From the IMG/VR virus record IMGVR_UViG_2706794694_000001: a DNA stretch of 8,471 nucleotides, one strand, 5' to 3'. The notes under the pieces are model-generated. The model ran no database searches and was not told the origin of the DNA. It saw only the letters and a program-made list of their open reading frames with translations. A program made the position numbers and the translations under genes. This stretch comes from a virus (Duplodnaviria; Heunggongvirae; Uroviricota; Caudoviricetes). Position 1 is the first letter of the stretch, and the number at the start of each line of letters is the position of its first letter. This document shows, piece by piece, positions 7,370 to 8,471 of the stretch.

Positions 7370-7869
7370 GCTCTCTGAGGGTGAAATAATCCCGTTCAGC
7401 GGTGTCTGCCAGTCGGGGGCTGGTTGCATTATCCACGCCGGAGGCGGTGGTGGCTTCACGCACTGACTGACAGACTGCTTTGATGTGCAACCGACGACGA
7501 CCAGCGGCAACATCAGCGCGCAGAGTTTCATTTTCAGCTTTCGCATCAGCTAACTCCTTCGTGTATTTTGCATCGAGCGCAGCAACATCACGCTGNNNNN
7601 NNNNNNNNNNNNNNNNNNNNNNNNNNNNNNNNNNNNNNNNNNNNNNNNNNNNNNNNNNNNNNNNNNNNNNNNNNNNNNNNNNNNNNNNNNNNNNNNNNNN
7701 NNNNNNNNNNNNNNNNNNNNNNNNNNNNNNNNNNNNNNNNNNNNNNNNNNNNNNNNNNNNNNNNNNNNNNNNNNNNNNNNNNNNNNNNNNNNNNNNNNNN
7801 NNNNNNNNNNNNNNNNNNGACGATGATGCAGATAACCAGAGCGGAGATAATCGCGGTGACTCTGCTCAT
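7314..7869 (-). CDS. Rz: Rz-family i-spanin, copy 2, lambda-type allele; interrupted by the N-run and C-terminally truncated/fused to a duplicated endolysin 3' fragment (probably non-functional as it stands)
   Basis: ATG at 7869-7867 overlaps the endolysin TGA (ATGA); [17 protein letters not shown] then runs into the N-run. After the gap: …[77 protein letters not shown], then reads into [16 protein letters not shown] (the endolysin C-terminal sequence) instead of the lambda Rz tail. Frame continuity across the gap cannot be verified. Confidence 0.55.
7364..7546 (-). CDS. Rz1: Rz1-family o-spanin lipoprotein, copy 2, lambda-type, intact 60 aa
   Basis: [60 protein letters not shown] is near-identical to lambda Rz1 as recalled: lipobox VVGC, PPPPP stretch, embedded in the Rz copy 2 frame. 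Confidence 0.75.
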   Translation of the reverse strand: MRKLKMKLCALMLPLVVVGCTSKQSVSQCVKPPPPPAWIMQPAPDWQTPLNGIISPSESG

Positions 7870-7921
7870 TGCTGCCCCCACAAACAGACTTCACGCTCAA
7901 TCTCACGACGGGTCATCAGCC
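7530..7921. repeat. direct repeat copy B (contains the 223-nt N-run); the partner is 7081-7369
   Basis: See copy A; the flanks on both sides of the N-run match copy A exactly. Confidence 0.9.
7596..7818. other. assembly gap (223 N)
   Basis: Contiguous run of n characters. Its length is not a multiple of 3 and is 103 nt longer than the equivalent interval in repeat copy A, so it is a placeholder of uncertain size. Confidence 0.97.
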
Positions 7922-8363
7922 CTTTCCATTGCTTACCGCCAGCATATGTCCAGCGACATAGCTGGTCACATGCGCCTTTGATATAGCCCTGGTTTATTTT
8001 GCGAAGAAGCGTCGATGTTCTGAAATTGCCAGCGCCCACGTTGTAAACGAACGAGTAAAGAGCGCCGCGCGTTGTTTCCGGTATATCGACTTTGATGTAC
8101 GGGTTAATTTGTCTGGCGACAGTGGCAAGGTCTTTATTCAGGAGAGCTTTGCATTCTGCTTCGGTATACGTTTTACCAGGCATGATGTCTTTTCCGGTGT
8201 GTCCGTGACATACAGTCCATACACCAATGATATCTTTGTATAGTATGTAGCTGACACCTTCCAGACCATCGTTACCACCTGGGCCAGTGATTAACACAGA
8301 TGCTATAGCAACAGCCCCGCCACCAATAGCAACTGCAACAGCCTTGCGTAATGATGGCGACAT
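7866..8363 (-). CDS. R: SAR endolysin (P21 R-like lysozyme with N-terminal signal-arrest-release domain)
   Basis: 165-aa ORF near-identical to the recalled P21/DLP12-type lysozyme: G/A-rich weakly hydrophobic N-terminus [23 protein letters not shown] (SAR domain), catalytic E35/D44/T50 spacing of T4-lysozyme-like enzymes, C-terminal …[27 protein letters not shown] Shine-Dalgarno before the ATG at 8363; TGA stop overlaps the Rz start. Confidence 0.92.
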   Translation of the reverse strand: MSPSLRKAVAVAIGGGAVAIASVLITGPGGNDGLEGVSYILYKDIIGVWTVCHGHTGKDIMPGKTYTEAECKALLNKDLATVARQINPYIKVDIPETTRGALYSFVYNVGAGNFRTSTLLRKINQGYIKGACDQLCRWTYAGGKQWKGLMTRREIEREVCLWGQQ

Positions 8364-8385
8364 TATTCACCTCTCGCAGCCTTAC
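8363..8385 (-). pseudogene. S: 3' remnant of a P21-type pinholin (S) gene: last six codons KAARGE plus TAA stop, cut by IS2
   Basis: The minus-strand frame ending in TAA that overlaps the endolysin ATG (TAATG) reads …K-A-A-R-G-E-stop, matching the recalled C-terminus of pinholin S21 (…RRKAARGE). Upstream the frame runs straight into the IS2 terminal sequence and is closed by stops. Confidence 0.6.
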
Positions 8386-8471
8386 TAGACTGGCCCCCTG
8401 AATCTCCAGACAACCAGTATCACTTAAATAAGTGATAGTCTTAATACTAGTTTTTAGACTAGTCATTGGAG
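8386..8471 (+). mobile_element. IS2 left end (terminal inverted repeat and leader; continues beyond the window end)
   Basis: 8386-8471 (TAGACTGGCCCCCTGAATCTCCAGACAACCAGTATCACTTAAATAAGTGATAGTCTTAATACTAGTTTTTAGACTAGTCATTGGAG) matches the recalled IS2 left end, with one possible mismatch (CAACCAGTATC here versus CAACCAATATC as recalled). The transposase orfA start would lie just past the window. Match is from memory. Confidence 0.88.

Noticed and set aside
7480-7986. ORFs containing long runs of X (7480-7986 +, 7550-7906 -, 7568-7981 +)
   Set aside because: Their apparent length comes from translating through the 223-nt N-run; not real open reading frames.
8419-8438. Inverted repeat TATCACTT-N4-AAGTGATA upstream of the endolysin, first read as a possible repressor operator or late-promoter element
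   Set aside because: It lies inside the IS2 terminal sequence (8386 onwards) and is part of that element, not a phage regulatory site.
8272-8466. 64-aa minus-strand ORF overlapping the endolysin start
   Set aside because: It starts inside the IS2 terminal sequence and runs out of frame across the endolysin SAR domain; cysteine/tryptophan-rich nonsense translation with no RBS.

Overview
This window is a fragment of a defective lambdoid/mosaic prophage from an enterobacterium, bracketed by insertion sequences. Apart from one cargo gene, everything is on the minus strand, so the phage late-gene order reads from high to low coordinates. At the right edge an IS2 left end (8386-8471) sits inside the 3' end of a P21-type pinholin gene, leaving only a six-codon remnant. 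Next come a P21-like SAR endolysin, then two adjacent Rz/Rz1 spanin copies of different allelic type, the upstream one truncated and crossing a 223-nt N-run. An AT-rich YqaA/DedA-family membrane-protein gene follows on the plus strand, likely a moron. The head module follows: small terminase, PBSX-type large terminase, a portal gene broken by two in-frame TAG codons, a Mu F / SPP1 gp7-like head morphogenesis protein, a 406-aa protease/scaffold-like protein and a 168-aa structural protein. At the left edge an IS1 end (1-83) lies 15 bp past the last head gene, where a major capsid gene would be expected. I found no tRNA, rRNA or CRISPR array and no recognisable defence system. The items most worth a second look are the amber-interrupted portal, the chimeric spanin duplication around the gap, the IS2-disrupted holin and the low-GC membrane-protein gene. 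All homology calls are from reading the translations and from recalled family sequences; no searches were run.
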